64,000 nt of DNA from an uncultured Lachnospiraceae bacterium (GCA_902762905.1 CACWQE010000006.1:113-64112), one strand, 5' to 3'; numbered from the stretch's first letter, positions 8,697 through 19,079 are shown. Translations and numbers: made by a program. Notes: generated by a model not told the origin, from the sequence alone.

Positions 8697-9287
8697 ATGT
8701 TGCTATCCGATCGAATCAGTAACCAGCTTACACAAATATGTATTGACAATCACGTCATAGAATCCGGCGAAAAAGAGATATATCATTATTGTTTTTCCTA
8801 TTTCTTTGATATCCTGTTATACAACATGAACATCTTACTACTCGGTCTCCTGCTGCACCGACCTTTCCAGGCCTTGTTATTTACCACTGTTACCTTTCCA
8901 GGCAAAACCCTTGCCGGTGGTGCACACGCCTCCTCCCCAGAACGATGTCATATTATTTCCTACGGATTATTTCTAATTAGTTTATGGATTGTGAACCGTT
9001 ATTCTATCTCCAAAATATCTGCTATAATCATTTATAGCATTGCCTGTGTTATTGTAATTCACTTAGCACCCGTGGATCACCCAAACAAGCGATTTGATTC
9101 CGAACAGAAACACAAGTTACGAATTGCCTGTCACATCTTTATTATTCCGGTAACCCTTGTATTTTGTGTTATGATTTGTTTTAATAAGATTATCTACTAT
9201 AATCTGATCACGCTATGTATTGTAATCCTCATGTGCAATCAGATCATTGGAATTTTGCAGAACAGGAGGTATTCACATGAAGCTTAA
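8697..9287 (+). CDS. agrB: AgrB-family accessory gene regulator B (AgrD-processing membrane peptidase)
   Basis: The 196-aa polytopic membrane protein carries the AgrB signature region LAGGAHASSPERCHIIS, with the catalytic His and Cys at the expected spacing. Confidence 0.85.
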   Translation: MLLSDRISNQLTQICIDNHVIESGEKEIYHYCFSYFFDILLYNMNILLLGLLLHRPFQALLFTTVTFPGKTLAGGAHASSPERCHIISYGLFLISLWIVNRYSISKISAIIIYSIACVIVIHLAPVDHPNKRFDSEQKHKLRIACHIFIIPVTLVFCVMICFNKIIYYNLITLCIVILMCNQIIGILQNRRYSHEA

Positions 9288-10011
9288 TATTGCCATATGT
9301 GATGACGAGAACCGCATATTAACACATACCTCGTCCCTAATTGACATATATCAATTTCAGCATTTAGATACGAACCTTTCTGTTGATTGTTACACTTCAG
9401 GCGAATCTTTATTAGAGAATTATACGCAACCTCGACAATATCATATTCTATTACTTGATATAGAGATGCCCGGGATGAATGGGATTGAAACTGCACGACA
9501 GATACGTAATACAATTGACCGGAATGCCATTATTGTATTCATCAGCAGTTATCCAGAATATATGCAGGAAAGTTTCTCTGTCCATCCTTACTTCTTCCTG
9601 CAAAAACCTGCAACCCAGAAAAATATGAATCAATTATTAGACGAGATTATAGATGAGATTACCAATTCCACACATATGTACACGCTCATAGATATGGAAG
9701 ATATCCAACATACCATCTATCTCAACGATGTACTCTATATCCATACCTACAATGCCCGGAAAGAATTGCTATCTTTTCATCTTCCGAACAAAGAACTTCA
9801 TACAAAAGGACACCTTGGGGAATGGGAAATGAAACTACAGAATTATCATTATATCTCCTGTTATCGGGGATATCTGGTGAATCTGACTCACATCCACTAT
9901 GTGACAAAGGATCAGTTAATCTTAGACAATAACGAAGCCATTCCTTTAAGCCGCACAAACCGCAAACGTATCCACCAACTCTTCTTAGATCAGGTTGTTA
10001 CAATAGAGTAA
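9277..10011 (+). CDS. LytTR-family response regulator (AgrA-like)
   Basis: The product starts MKLNIAICDDE, has the receiver motif LLLDIEMPGMNG and a C-terminal LytTR domain. The ATG at 9277 follows AGGAGG and overlaps the agrB stop by 11 nt. Confidence 0.9.
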   Translation: MKLNIAICDDENRILTHTSSLIDIYQFQHLDTNLSVDCYTSGESLLENYTQPRQYHILLLDIEMPGMNGIETARQIRNTIDRNAIIVFISSYPEYMQESFSVHPYFFLQKPATQKNMNQLLDEIIDEITNSTHMYTLIDMEDIQHTIYLNDVLYIHTYNARKELLSFHLPNKELHTKGHLGEWEMKLQNYHYISCYRGYLVNLTHIHYVTKDQLILDNNEAIPLSRTNRKRIHQLFLDQVVTIE

Positions 10012-10027
10012 CCGGAAAGGAAAACTT

Positions 10028-11356
10028 ATGCATTATATTCTTACTGTTATATCCTGTATATTTGACGCTTTTATCATTCTGACATATATGAACGGGATCT
10101 TTACAACGCGTAAAAAAGAGGTATCTAGCACTATATTTTATCTGTCTTTTGCTATAATGGAAGTGCTATTATTATGCAACAATTATTCGTTCGTAAAATT
10201 AGATTCCAACACATCCGTAGTTTTCACATCACTGCTCAGTCTCACAACCAATTTCTGCCTTACCCTTTTATACGAATCGAATTGGAAGGAACGTCTCTTT
10301 ACCTGCATTTCATTCCAGTTTTTCTCTCTATCATCCGAATATTTGTTAACAGTTGTGGTGAATCTTATTAAACCAAATCTATCACAATTACTGGGTGTTT
10401 CTACATTTATCGCCATTATGGGAACATTAAATGAAATATCTCTATTTGTAATAGTCCTACTCATCATTTCTTTCTGGAAACGGCAATTCCAGCAATACCC
10501 AAAAGAATATAATGGTCTTCTTTTTGTCACACCCTTTATTACTCTCCTAATTCTGTTGTCTGCACCAATGTCACAGAATAATGCCGTACATTACCGATTC
10601 TTTTTTGAATCACTCTGCACCTTGCTATCCATATTGAACCTCTGCAATTATATCTTATTGCAACGCACATTCCACTATGCGCAATATCAGTTAGAAAATG
10701 CACAATTATCAAAGCAGATTCAGTTTCAGGAAGAGAAATACCAACAAATCGGTGCCGCATATCAGAACTGCCGCCGTATCGTACATGATGTAGACAAGCA
10801 ATATCACACACTCCAAGAACACCTGAGTCACAAATCATATCAGGAACTAGAAGCATTCCTGTCCAATGCCAAAGCTGACTTGAAAGCCAACTCTACAAAA
10901 TATAACACAGGAAATCTGGTCATTGATTCCTTTCTGACCAACTATGATATTCTCGCCCAGAATCACAATATATCATTTGAATCCATTCTGAACGTGGATG
11001 CCGCAGATATTCCTCTCAACGACTACGAATTAAGCATTGTATTAGGCAACCTATTGGATAATAGTCTGCATGCCTGTCAGAAACAAGCTGCACCAAGACG
11101 GTATATTCATATTCATATAGTAACAACCGGGCAAAAACATTTCATAATCAACATCCGCAATACCAAAACGCCAGTTATTCTGCCAAATGTTCGTCCCTCT
11201 TTTCCGGATCTTTCACATGGATATGGTCTTGAAAATGTCAAACGAATCGTAGAAGCCAAATATGGCACAATCGGTTGGGAAGATAACGATGATACCTTTA
11301 TTGTAAAACTCATGGTACCAATCTTTAAGAAAAAGAAAGGACGTTATCTGTATTAG
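10028..11356 (+). CDS. AgrC/ComD-type (HPK10) sensor histidine kinase with a GHKL ATPase domain
   Basis: The 442-aa product has an N-terminal half of about 6 TM helices and a C-terminal ATPase domain with an N-box (NLLDNSLHAC) and a G-box (GYGLENVKRIV). Confidence 0.85.
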   Translation: MHYILTVISCIFDAFIILTYMNGIFTTRKKEVSSTIFYLSFAIMEVLLLCNNYSFVKLDSNTSVVFTSLLSLTTNFCLTLLYESNWKERLFTCISFQFFSLSSEYLLTVVVNLIKPNLSQLLGVSTFIAIMGTLNEISLFVIVLLIISFWKRQFQQYPKEYNGLLFVTPFITLLILLSAPMSQNNAVHYRFFFESLCTLLSILNLCNYILLQRTFHYAQYQLENAQLSKQIQFQEEKYQQIGAAYQNCRRIVHDVDKQYHTLQEHLSHKSYQELEAFLSNAKADLKANSTKYNTGNLVIDSFLTNYDILAQNHNISFESILNVDAADIPLNDYELSIVLGNLLDNSLHACQKQAAPRRYIHIHIVTTGQKHFIINIRNTKTPVILPNVRPSFPDLSHGYGLENVKRIVEAKYGTIGWEDNDDTFIVKLMVPIFKKKKGRYLY

Positions 11357-11371
11357 TTCCTTATTATATTG

Positions 11372-12421
11372 CTATGCCCGGATCGCCCAGCGTAATTTTG
11401 TGGAACGTGCTCTTGGATTCCGGTTACATTCTTCCGCGAAAGGACGTGTTACCTCCTCCGAAATATCAGAATAGATTCCCTGTTTCTTTCCCTGTTTCAG
11501 TGCTTTCTTCACCAGACGGTCTTCTCCCGAATGGAACGTAAGAATTGCTACTCTGGCTCCCGGAGCCAACACCTCCGGCAGACTATCCAGAAAGCTGTAT
11601 AACACTTCAAACTCACTGTTTACATCAATCCGAAGTGCCTGAAAACATCTCTGGCAGGATTTCTTCACTGCCTCTTTTCGGTCTTTGACCGGAACAAATA
11701 CCAATGCCTCCTCAATCACATCCTTAAAATCAATGGTTGTATGGATCGGTCGTTTCTTTCTCTTCCATTCCGTAACCTTAGCCGCAATCTCCGCTGCATA
11801 TGGTTCATCCGAATTCTCCTGCAACATTCCGATCAGTTCTTCCTCTGTTACTTCGTTGAGCCTCTCATATGCCGGTGTTCCCTGTTCCGGGTTCAACCTC
11901 AGATCCAACGGGCCTTCTGCCTTATAAGTAAATCCCCGTTCCGGGTTATCAATCTGCATGGAAGATACCCCAAGATCAGCCAATACAAAGTCAAACTTAC
12001 CAACCTCTTCCGACAACTGTGCAATATTTGCAAAGTTCATCTGCCGAATGGTAAGGATCTCTTCTCCATACCCTTTCTCTTCTAACCGTTGCTTTGTCTT
12101 CTTACTCTCAATGGGATCTACATCCAATGCATAGATATGTCCCTTTCCCTGCAGACACTCTAACATTGCTTTCGTATGTCCCCCATACCCTAATGTTGCA
12201 TCCAACCCAAGCTCTCCCGGCTGAATCTTCAACACATCAAGAATCTCTTTGACCATAATGGATATATGCATTCCCGCCGGGGTACTTCCCTTACGGATGA
12301 CTTTCTCAATCGTATCCTGATATTTCTCCGGATTCTGTTCCTTGTACTTCTCCGCAAACGTCTTTGGATGTGTTCCACTATATCGTTTCCGGCGCTTATG
12401 CACCTGTTCTTTTTCTTCCAT
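11372..12421 (-). CDS. RsmH/MraW-family SAM-dependent methyltransferase paralog with a basic N-terminal extension
   Basis: Recognisable motifs are DATLGYGGH, DLGVSSMQID..RGF, FHSGEDR and NPRARSTKLR. A Lys/Arg-rich extension of about 50 aa precedes the core. No dcw-cluster genes are nearby. Confidence 0.75.
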   Translation of the reverse strand: MEEKEQVHKRRKRYSGTHPKTFAEKYKEQNPEKYQDTIEKVIRKGSTPAGMHISIMVKEILDVLKIQPGELGLDATLGYGGHTKAMLECLQGKGHIYALDVDPIESKKTKQRLEEKGYGEEILTIRQMNFANIAQLSEEVGKFDFVLADLGVSSMQIDNPERGFTYKAEGPLDLRLNPEQGTPAYERLNEVTEEELIGMLQENSDEPYAAEIAAKVTEWKRKKRPIHTTIDFKDVIEEALVFVPVKDRKEAVKKSCQRCFQALRIDVNSEFEVLYSFLDSLPEVLAPGARVAILTFHSGEDRLVKKALKQGKKQGIYSDISEEVTRPFAEECNRNPRARSTKLRWAIRA

Positions 12422-12495
12422 TCTATTCTCCTCTATCCTTTATTCCCTATCTGCGTTGATCGTCTCGAAAAAAAGAAGACAATACATACCATGTT

Positions 12496-13149
12496 CTAAA
12501 GTACTTTCTTACATACCTCTTTCAGACAACAATGCTCACAATCCGGCGTTGTTCTTGCTGTACATACTGCCCGCCCATGATACACCAGACGGTGGCAGAA
12601 ATCACTTCCTTCTTCCGGCGGGATTAACTTCCACAGTGTCATCTCTACCTTTTTCGGCTCTTTGATGCCATCCACTAATCCCATACGGTTTACTAACCGG
12701 ATACAATGCGTATCCGTCACAATTGCAGGTTTGCCAAATACATCTCCCATGATCAGATTTGCACTCTTCCTCCCTACTCCCGGAAGAGATAACAATGCGT
12801 CAAAATCTTCCGGCACTTTGCAATCATACTCATCTCTTAACATCTTCATGCAGGCACTGATATCCCTTGCCTTGCTCTTGCCTAGTCCGCATGGTTTGAC
12901 AATTGTCTCGATGTCCTCCACTGAGGCGTCTGCCAATGCCTGTACCGATGGATACTTGGCAAAGAGTCCCTCTACTACGACATTTACTCTGGCATCCGTA
13001 CATTGTGCCGCTAACCGTACACTTACTAACAGCTTCCATGCATCGTCATATTCTAACGTACATCCTGCATCCGGATACTCCTGCTTCAACAACTCGATAA
13101 TATCCAATGCCCGTTGTTTCTTTGTATATCTTTTCTTTGGTTCTACCAT
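12496..13149 (-). CDS. nth: Endonuclease III
   Basis: The product has a helix-hairpin-helix region (LPGVGRKSANLI) and a C-terminal 4-Cys cluster (C..C..C..C). Confidence 0.9.
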   Translation of the reverse strand: MVEPKKRYTKKQRALDIIELLKQEYPDAGCTLEYDDAWKLLVSVRLAAQCTDARVNVVVEGLFAKYPSVQALADASVEDIETIVKPCGLGKSKARDISACMKMLRDEYDCKVPEDFDALLSLPGVGRKSANLIMGDVFGKPAIVTDTHCIRLVNRMGLVDGIKEPKKVEMTLWKLIPPEEGSDFCHRLVYHGRAVCTARTTPDCEHCCLKEVCKKVL

Positions 13150-13152
13150 AAT

Positions 13153-13944
13153 CTATTCCTCTGTTCTAGTCTGATAATTGTGCATTAATGGCCCTCTTCC
13201 CTGTCCGAGATCAAGCCCTGCTGCAATCGCACCAGCTACATATTCCTTCGCCTTACGCACACTCTCTTCCATTGCATATCCCTTTGCTAAAAAAGTAGCA
13301 ATTGCAGAAGATAACGTACATCCTGTTCCATGCGTATTCTTGTTATCATATCGTTTACCAGAAATCCAGATTGGATTACCATTCATATATAGAAGATCAT
13401 CTGCTGTCTCTGTCAAATGACCGCCTTTGATCAGAATTGCCCCGTTACAATACTCTGCAATCTTCCTTGCTGCCTCTTCCATATCTTCTCTGTCCTGAAT
13501 GGAAATGCCACTTAGCACCTCTGCTTCACTTAAATTCGGTGTAATAATATCTGCTCTTGGAATTAACTTTTCTTTCAGCGTTCTGACAGTGCGGTTCTCC
13601 ATCAGATTACTTCCACTTGTTGCAACCATAACCGGATCCACTACCACATTATCTGCCTGGTATTCATCCAGCTTCTCACAGATTGCCTCCATAATGTCTG
13701 GTGTAGCGATCATACCAAGCTTAACTGCTTCTGGCCGGATATCCTGAAATACCGAATCGATCTGTTCCTTTACCATCTGTACAGAAACCGCTTCTACGCT
13801 CTGCACTCCGGTTGTATTCTGTGCCGTTAATGCCGTAATCGCAGTCATTCCATATTCCCCAAGAGATGTAATTGTCTTAAGATCTGCCTGAATTCCGGCG
13901 CCGCCACTAGAATCCGAACCGGCTATACTTAATACTGTATGCAT
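13153..13944 (-). CDS. thiD: Hydroxymethylpyrimidine/phosphomethylpyrimidine kinase
   Basis: The N-terminus VLSIAGSDSSGGAGIQADLKT and the GxGC motif near the C-terminus match ThiD, and the gene lies in the thi cluster. Confidence 0.9.
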   Translation of the reverse strand: MHTVLSIAGSDSSGGAGIQADLKTITSLGEYGMTAITALTAQNTTGVQSVEAVSVQMVKEQIDSVFQDIRPEAVKLGMIATPDIMEAICEKLDEYQADNVVVDPVMVATSGSNLMENRTVRTLKEKLIPRADIITPNLSEAEVLSGISIQDREDMEEAARKIAEYCNGAILIKGGHLTETADDLLYMNGNPIWISGKRYDNKNTHGTGCTLSSAIATFLAKGYAMEESVRKAKEYVAGAIAAGLDLGQGRGPLMHNYQTRTEE

Positions 13945-14025
13945 ATATTATACTCCTTATCTATATTCCCCAGGATAATTGCAAATCTGCCATATCACTC
14001 AACTGTATCACTAAAACCTTCACCA

Positions 14026-14688
14026 TTATCCCAGCTCCGATACCAGTTCATCCGCTGTCATCCGAAGCTCCTTCGCTGCCTGCTGAATATCCGGTGCTGC
14101 AAAAATAGCAGACACAACAGCCACGCCATCTACTTTTGTGCCTTTTAATTGTAGCATATTATCTTTTTGAATACCACCAATGGCAACAACTGGTATCGAC
14201 ACAGCCTCACATATTTCTTTTAATGTAGCCTTCGATACTGCCTCTGCATCCAATTTGGTTGATGTCGTAAACACAGAACCTACTCCCAGATAATCTGCAC
14301 CATTCTTCTCTGCCTCGATTGCCTCAGCCACGCTATGCGCCGATACTCCAATAATCTTATCCGGGCCTAATACCCTGCGTGCCTCTACTAATGCAAGATC
14401 ACTCTGTCCGATATGAACCCCATCTGCATCAATCTCTTTCGCAAGCTCCACATCATCATCCACAACATAAGGAATGTGATATGCATCTGTTACCGCCTTC
14501 ACTTCGGTTGCTAATTTCACAAATTCCGGATATGCCAGATTCTTCTCCCGGATCTGCAGAAAAGTTGCACCGCCTTCTAACGCTTCCTTTACAACCTCCG
14601 GCAATGTCCGGTTACCCAGCCACATGGAATCTGTTACCGCATATAGACACATGGACTTCTTAATCTCTTCTTTACTAAATGGTTTCAT
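14026..14688 (-). CDS. thiE: Thiamine-phosphate synthase
   Basis: The 220-aa product looks like a TIM-barrel ThiE (LQIREK, GVHIGQSD, GVG.VF.T.TK) and lies in the thi cluster. Confidence 0.9.
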   Translation of the reverse strand: MKPFSKEEIKKSMCLYAVTDSMWLGNRTLPEVVKEALEGGATFLQIREKNLAYPEFVKLATEVKAVTDAYHIPYVVDDDVELAKEIDADGVHIGQSDLALVEARRVLGPDKIIGVSAHSVAEAIEAEKNGADYLGVGSVFTTSTKLDAEAVSKATLKEICEAVSIPVVAIGGIQKDNMLQLKGTKVDGVAVVSAIFAAPDIQQAAKELRMTADELVSELG

Positions 14689-14802
14689 ATAACTTCCTTC
14701 TTTCTATAAGAAATCTTATGCCGGATTCCATCCATATATTTTGATCGATCCGGCATGACTATATTAAAGTTTGCCAAATGCTTCGCGCTTTGCAAACTGT
14801 TT

Positions 14803-15624
14803 TTATATTTCTTCCACTTTTGCACCCTTTACTAAGGTCTCTCCATCTAAATTACTCATTGCATCAATGAGATACATCCGAAGACTGGAAGTACCACTTC
14901 CTTCTGCCTTCACCTTAACTTTGGCAATCTCTCCACAAAGACCTTCTGCTGCAATGGCTGCTACAACTGCATTGGTCTGATTCTCTATATTGGCTGCCAC
15001 ATAGCCGGCAATCACACCGTCTAACATGCAGCCGGTTCCGGTAATCTTTGACATCTCTGCCACACCATTTCTTACAGCATAAGCATGCTCTGCATCTGCG
15101 ATCACATCAATCGCTCCGGTCATGGCAATAATTGCTCCGGTCGTCTTACTTAACTGTCTTGCAAACTCTGCTGATTCCTTCAGATTATCATCTGTAACGG
15201 TATCTGCTACATCTGCATCGACGCCTTTCGTTGATCCACTCCCGGAATATACGGTCTTAATCTCTGAAATATTGCCACGGATTACTGTGAACTTTAATTC
15301 CTCTAACAGTCGAAATGTTGTCTCCGTCCGAAACTTCGATGCTCCTGCCCCAACCGGATCGAGAATAACCGGATGACCTAATGCATTTGCCCTCTTTCCT
15401 GCAAGGATCATCGACTCAATGGATCTTTCGTTAAGCGTTCCTATGTTGATTACTAATGCATTACAGATGGAAGTAATATCCTCAACGTCCCTTTTATCAT
15501 CACTCATGATCGGCGAACCGCCACATGCTAACATCATGTTGGCAACATCATTTACCGTTACATAGTTTGTGATGAAATGAACGAGCGGGGTGCGGCTGCG
15601 CACGTTTTCTAAGATAGTTTTCAT
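14803..15624 (-). CDS. thiM: Hydroxyethylthiazole kinase
   Basis: The PLVHFITNYVT motif and the 273-aa length fit ThiM, and the gene lies in the thi cluster. Confidence 0.9.
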   Translation of the reverse strand: MKTILENVRSRTPLVHFITNYVTVNDVANMMLACGGSPIMSDDKRDVEDITSICNALVINIGTLNERSIESMILAGKRANALGHPVILDPVGAGASKFRTETTFRLLEELKFTVIRGNISEIKTVYSGSGSTKGVDADVADTVTDDNLKESAEFARQLSKTTGAIIAMTGAIDVIADAEHAYAVRNGVAEMSKITGTGCMLDGVIAGYVAANIENQTNAVVAAIAAEGLCGEIAKVKVKAEGSGTSSLRMYLIDAMSNLDGETLVKGAKVEEI

Positions 15625-15636
15625 ATTTTGTCCTTT

Positions 15637-16941
15637 CTAATCCATGATGTCAACATCTTCGCCGCGAAGTATCTTATTGATGTTTCTTACGGCGCACATC
15701 TTACCACACATGGTACAGGTATCTTCTTTCTCCGGTTTTGATTCTGCACGATATCTTCTTGCCTTATCACTATCAATTGCTAACTCAAACTGTTTCTCCC
15801 AGTCAAGCTCCCGACGAGCCTCACCCATCTGGTAATCCCAGTCCTTTGCTCCCGGAACACCTTTTGCAATATCTGCTGCATGAGCTGCGATCTTAGAGGC
15901 AATAATTCCCTCCTTTACATCCTCAACGGTCGGAAGACGTAAATGCTCTGCCGGTGTTACATAACATAAGAAAGACGCACCATAAGTCGCTGCAATCGCA
16001 CCACCAATCGCCGCTGTAATATGATCATAACCCGGTGCTACATCCGTTACTAACGGTCCTAATACATAGAACGGTGCTCCCTTACAGATTGTCTGCTCAA
16101 TCTCCATATTCGAACGGATCTGATTTAATGGCATGTGTCCCGGTCCCTCAATCATAACCTGTACATTCTTATCCCATGCACGCTGTGTCAGCTCACCCAA
16201 TGTTACCAATTCCTCAATCTGTGAAATATCACCGGCATCCTCAATACATCCCGGACGACAGGCATCTCCCAAACTAATGGTTACATCATACTGATTACAG
16301 ATATCTAAGATCTCGTCATAATACTCATAAAATGGATTCTCATTTCCGGTAAGCTCCATCCATGCAAAGATGATCGAACCACCACGTGAAACAATATTCA
16401 TATGACGCTTTGTATTCTTGAAACGTTGTGCTGTTGCCTTATTGATACCACAATGAATGGTCATGAAATCAACACCGTCTTCTGCATGCATTCTTACCAC
16501 GTCAATCCATTCTCTTGATGTGATAGACTTCAATGCCTTGTTATAATAGACAACTGCATCATAGATTGGCACCGTACCGATAATTGCACTACATTCGGAT
16601 GTTAATTTGGTACGGAACTTTCTCGTATCACCAAAGGAACTTAAGTCCATGATCGACTCTGCGCCAAGATTCACAGCCTCTTGTACCTTCTCCATCTCTA
16701 CATCCATATCCAGACAATCCTTAGATGTTCCCAAGTTTACATTGATCTTTGTCTTTAACTTTGTTCCAATTCCGTATGGTTTCAGACATGTATGGTTCTT
16801 GTTCGCCGGAATGGCTACCTGCCCTTTGGCTACCAGATCACGGATCGTCTCTACCGACATATTCTCATAATCTGCTACCTGTTTCATTGCTTCCGTAATA
16901 ATGCCCTTTTTTGCGGCATCCATCTGTGTTGTGTATTCCAT
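15637..16941 (-). CDS. thiC: Phosphomethylpyrimidine synthase (radical SAM)
   Basis: The product has high-identity ThiC hallmarks, including the C-terminal CTMCG..C motif. The start is uncertain. I prefer the ATG at 16941 ([13 protein letters not shown]), which follows AAGGAAGG; the track ORF begins at the GTG at 16986. Confidence 0.92.
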   Translation of the reverse strand: MEYTTQMDAAKKGIITEAMKQVADYENMSVETIRDLVAKGQVAIPANKNHTCLKPYGIGTKLKTKINVNLGTSKDCLDMDVEMEKVQEAVNLGAESIMDLSSFGDTRKFRTKLTSECSAIIGTVPIYDAVVYYNKALKSITSREWIDVVRMHAEDGVDFMTIHCGINKATAQRFKNTKRHMNIVSRGGSIIFAWMELTGNENPFYEYYDEILDICNQYDVTISLGDACRPGCIEDAGDISQIEELVTLGELTQRAWDKNVQVMIEGPGHMPLNQIRSNMEIEQTICKGAPFYVLGPLVTDVAPGYDHITAAIGGAIAATYGASFLCYVTPAEHLRLPTVEDVKEGIIASKIAAHAADIAKGVPGAKDWDYQMGEARRELDWEKQFELAIDSDKARRYRAESKPEKEDTCTMCGKMCAVRNINKILRGEDVDIMD

Positions 16942-17017
16942 TCTTTTCATCCTTCCTTTCCGTAGATCAATAAGAGAACGAGTCACTTACGACTCTTGTA
17001 CACCCGAGTAGGATTGC

Positions 17018-17055
17018 ATAACAAACAGGCTCCCCGCTTTTGCAGAGAGCCTGTA
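17018..17055 (-). terminator. Intrinsic terminator forming the expression platform of the TPP riboswitch
   Basis: The minus-strand RNA ACAGGCUCUCUGC-AAAA-GCGGGGAGCCUGU forms a 13-bp stem with a tetraloop, followed by UUUGUUAU. It lies between the aptamer and thiC. Confidence 0.8.
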
Positions 17056-17087
17056 CTTATTCTTATATCATCTTATTCTTATATCTC

Positions 17088-17175
17088 GAATCCCTACGTT
17101 AGCATTACCTAAATCAGGTTGCGGGTCGAAGTTGATGACTTCCTCTCAGCCTGCTTCACAAGCTCCCCGTTCTTA
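17088..17175 (-). promoter_or_regulatory. TPP (THI-box) riboswitch aptamer
   Basis: The minus-strand sequence is GGGGAGC..GCUGAGAGG..ACCCGCAACCUGAUUUAGGUAAUGCUAACGUAGGGA. This matches the conserved CUGAGA and ACCUGAU...GCUAxCGUAGGGA cores. It lies upstream of thiC. Confidence 0.9.
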
Positions 17176-17189
17176 TTCAGTTCCTGTCT

Positions 17190-17218
17190 AGTGTAACATA
17201 CCCGCTAGGTATTGACAA
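17190..17218 (-). promoter_or_regulatory. Candidate sigma-A promoter for the thi leader
   Basis: On the minus strand, TTGTCA (17213-17218) is followed by a 17-nt spacer and TACACT (17190-17195). Confidence 0.5.
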
Positions 17219-17234
17219 TAGTCAAATACAGAGA

Positions 17235-18779
17235 TCATCCCTCATTCTCCGGTATCTCCACAACCGGCCCACCTGTAATTGACCGCAGAACCATAAGCGT
17301 TCCTAATAACAACGTGAATCCTGCTACAAACGGCACAATCGGATTCTGTACAAATCCGGCAATAATATACGTCACAAAGGATACTGCTGCCACTGTAATT
17401 GCATATGGTAACTGGGTTGATACATGATTCAGATGATTACACTGTGCTCCCGCTGATGCCATGATCGTCGTATCCGAGATTGGTGAACAGTGATCTCCAC
17501 AAACCGCACCTGCCATACAGGCTGACATAGCAATGATCATCATGGTTGGATTCTTATCCTCAAACGTGTGTACTACAATCGGAATCAGAATACCAAAAGT
17601 TCCCCATGAAGTTCCGGTTGCAAATGCAAGGAAGCAAGCAATTAAGAAAATGATTGCCGGCAACAAGCTTAACAGGTTACCGGATACACCATTCACAACA
17701 GAAGCCACATATTCTTTGGCTCCGAGACTATCTGTCATTGCTTTCAACGTCCACGCAAAAGTAAGAATTAAGATCGGTGGCACCATCGCCTTGAATCCTT
17801 CCGGTACACATTCCATTGACTGCTTGAACTTCAATACGTTACGCAGCTTATAATATACAATTGTAATGAGCAGTGCGATAAAGCTTCCATACATCAGACC
17901 AACTGACGCTACACTGTTAGAAAAAGCCTCGATAATACCAGTCCCGCTAAAGAATCCACCCGTATACAGCATTCCAGTAATACAGCATATAATGAGTGCA
18001 ATGATTGGAATCACAAGATCAATCACTTTTCCCTTACCATCATCCGTTGCATTCTCAGCATCTGTATATGGTCGATCCGGTGTAGTAAAGAGATCTCCGT
18101 GCGTTGCATTAATCTCATGTGTTCTCATCTGTCCAAAATCTACTTTCATAAGCACCATTGCAGACATTGCCACAATCGTAAATAATGCATAATAATTATA
18201 CGGAATTGCTTTTAGGAATAGCTGGAATCCATCCTCTCCCTCTACGAATCCGGTAACAGCTGCTGCCCAGGATGAAATTGGTGCAATAATACAGATTGGT
18301 GCAGCTGTCGCATCAATCAGATATGCCAACTTTGCACGGGATACTTCATGCTTATCCGTAACCGGCCGCATAACGCTGCCAACTGTCAGACAGTTAAAGT
18401 AGTCATCTACAAAAATTAAAATTCCAAGAAATATCGTTGCAAGCTGCGCTCCCACTCTTGTCTTAATATGACTTGATGCCCATCGGCCAAATGCTGCCGA
18501 TCCACCTGCCATATTCATCATACATACCATAATTCCTAACACAACCAGAAACACCAGAATACCGACATTATCCGGATCGGACAATACACCGACAATTCCA
18601 TCCTGAAAGACATGTTCCATCGTTAATTCCAATCCAAAGTTAGAATAGAACAAACCTCCAATAACAATTCCAACAAACAGTGAGCTATATACCTCCTTCG
18701 TGATCAATGCTAATCCAATCGCAACGATCGGAGGTACTAACGCCCAGAATGTGGCATACATCTGTGATACGTACTCCAT
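17235..18779 (-). CDS. NhaC-family Na+/H+ antiporter-like membrane transporter
   Basis: The 514-aa product has about 12 TM helices, and its N-terminus FWALVPPIVAIGLALITKEV is typical of the NhaC family. Confidence 0.8.
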   Translation of the reverse strand: MEYVSQMYATFWALVPPIVAIGLALITKEVYSSLFVGIVIGGLFYSNFGLELTMEHVFQDGIVGVLSDPDNVGILVFLVVLGIMVCMMNMAGGSAAFGRWASSHIKTRVGAQLATIFLGILIFVDDYFNCLTVGSVMRPVTDKHEVSRAKLAYLIDATAAPICIIAPISSWAAAVTGFVEGEDGFQLFLKAIPYNYYALFTIVAMSAMVLMKVDFGQMRTHEINATHGDLFTTPDRPYTDAENATDDGKGKVIDLVIPIIALIICCITGMLYTGGFFSGTGIIEAFSNSVASVGLMYGSFIALLITIVYYKLRNVLKFKQSMECVPEGFKAMVPPILILTFAWTLKAMTDSLGAKEYVASVVNGVSGNLLSLLPAIIFLIACFLAFATGTSWGTFGILIPIVVHTFEDKNPTMMIIAMSACMAGAVCGDHCSPISDTTIMASAGAQCNHLNHVSTQLPYAITVAAVSFVTYIIAGFVQNPIVPFVAGFTLLLGTLMVLRSITGGPVVEIPENEG

Positions 18780-19079
18780 AACATTCTCCCTTCTCTTTCG
18801 TATGGCAACTCCATCTTACAGCCGCCCATTTTCTACATAAATGTTATTGTACCATATATATTCTCATATGAAAACAACGAATCCTTTTTCTATTGCAATC
18901 CGCATAACAAATACTCTTTTGCATCATATCTCAAGTAAAAAGACTGCCCTGTCGATTCGTATCCTTTGGGAATGGGAGAACCGGCACGCAGCCTTTTTAT
19001 ACTTCATATTACTATTACATATGCCTAAAATGATTCATTCGATACGATATAATACCAGCCGCTATAATACAGACGGCTT

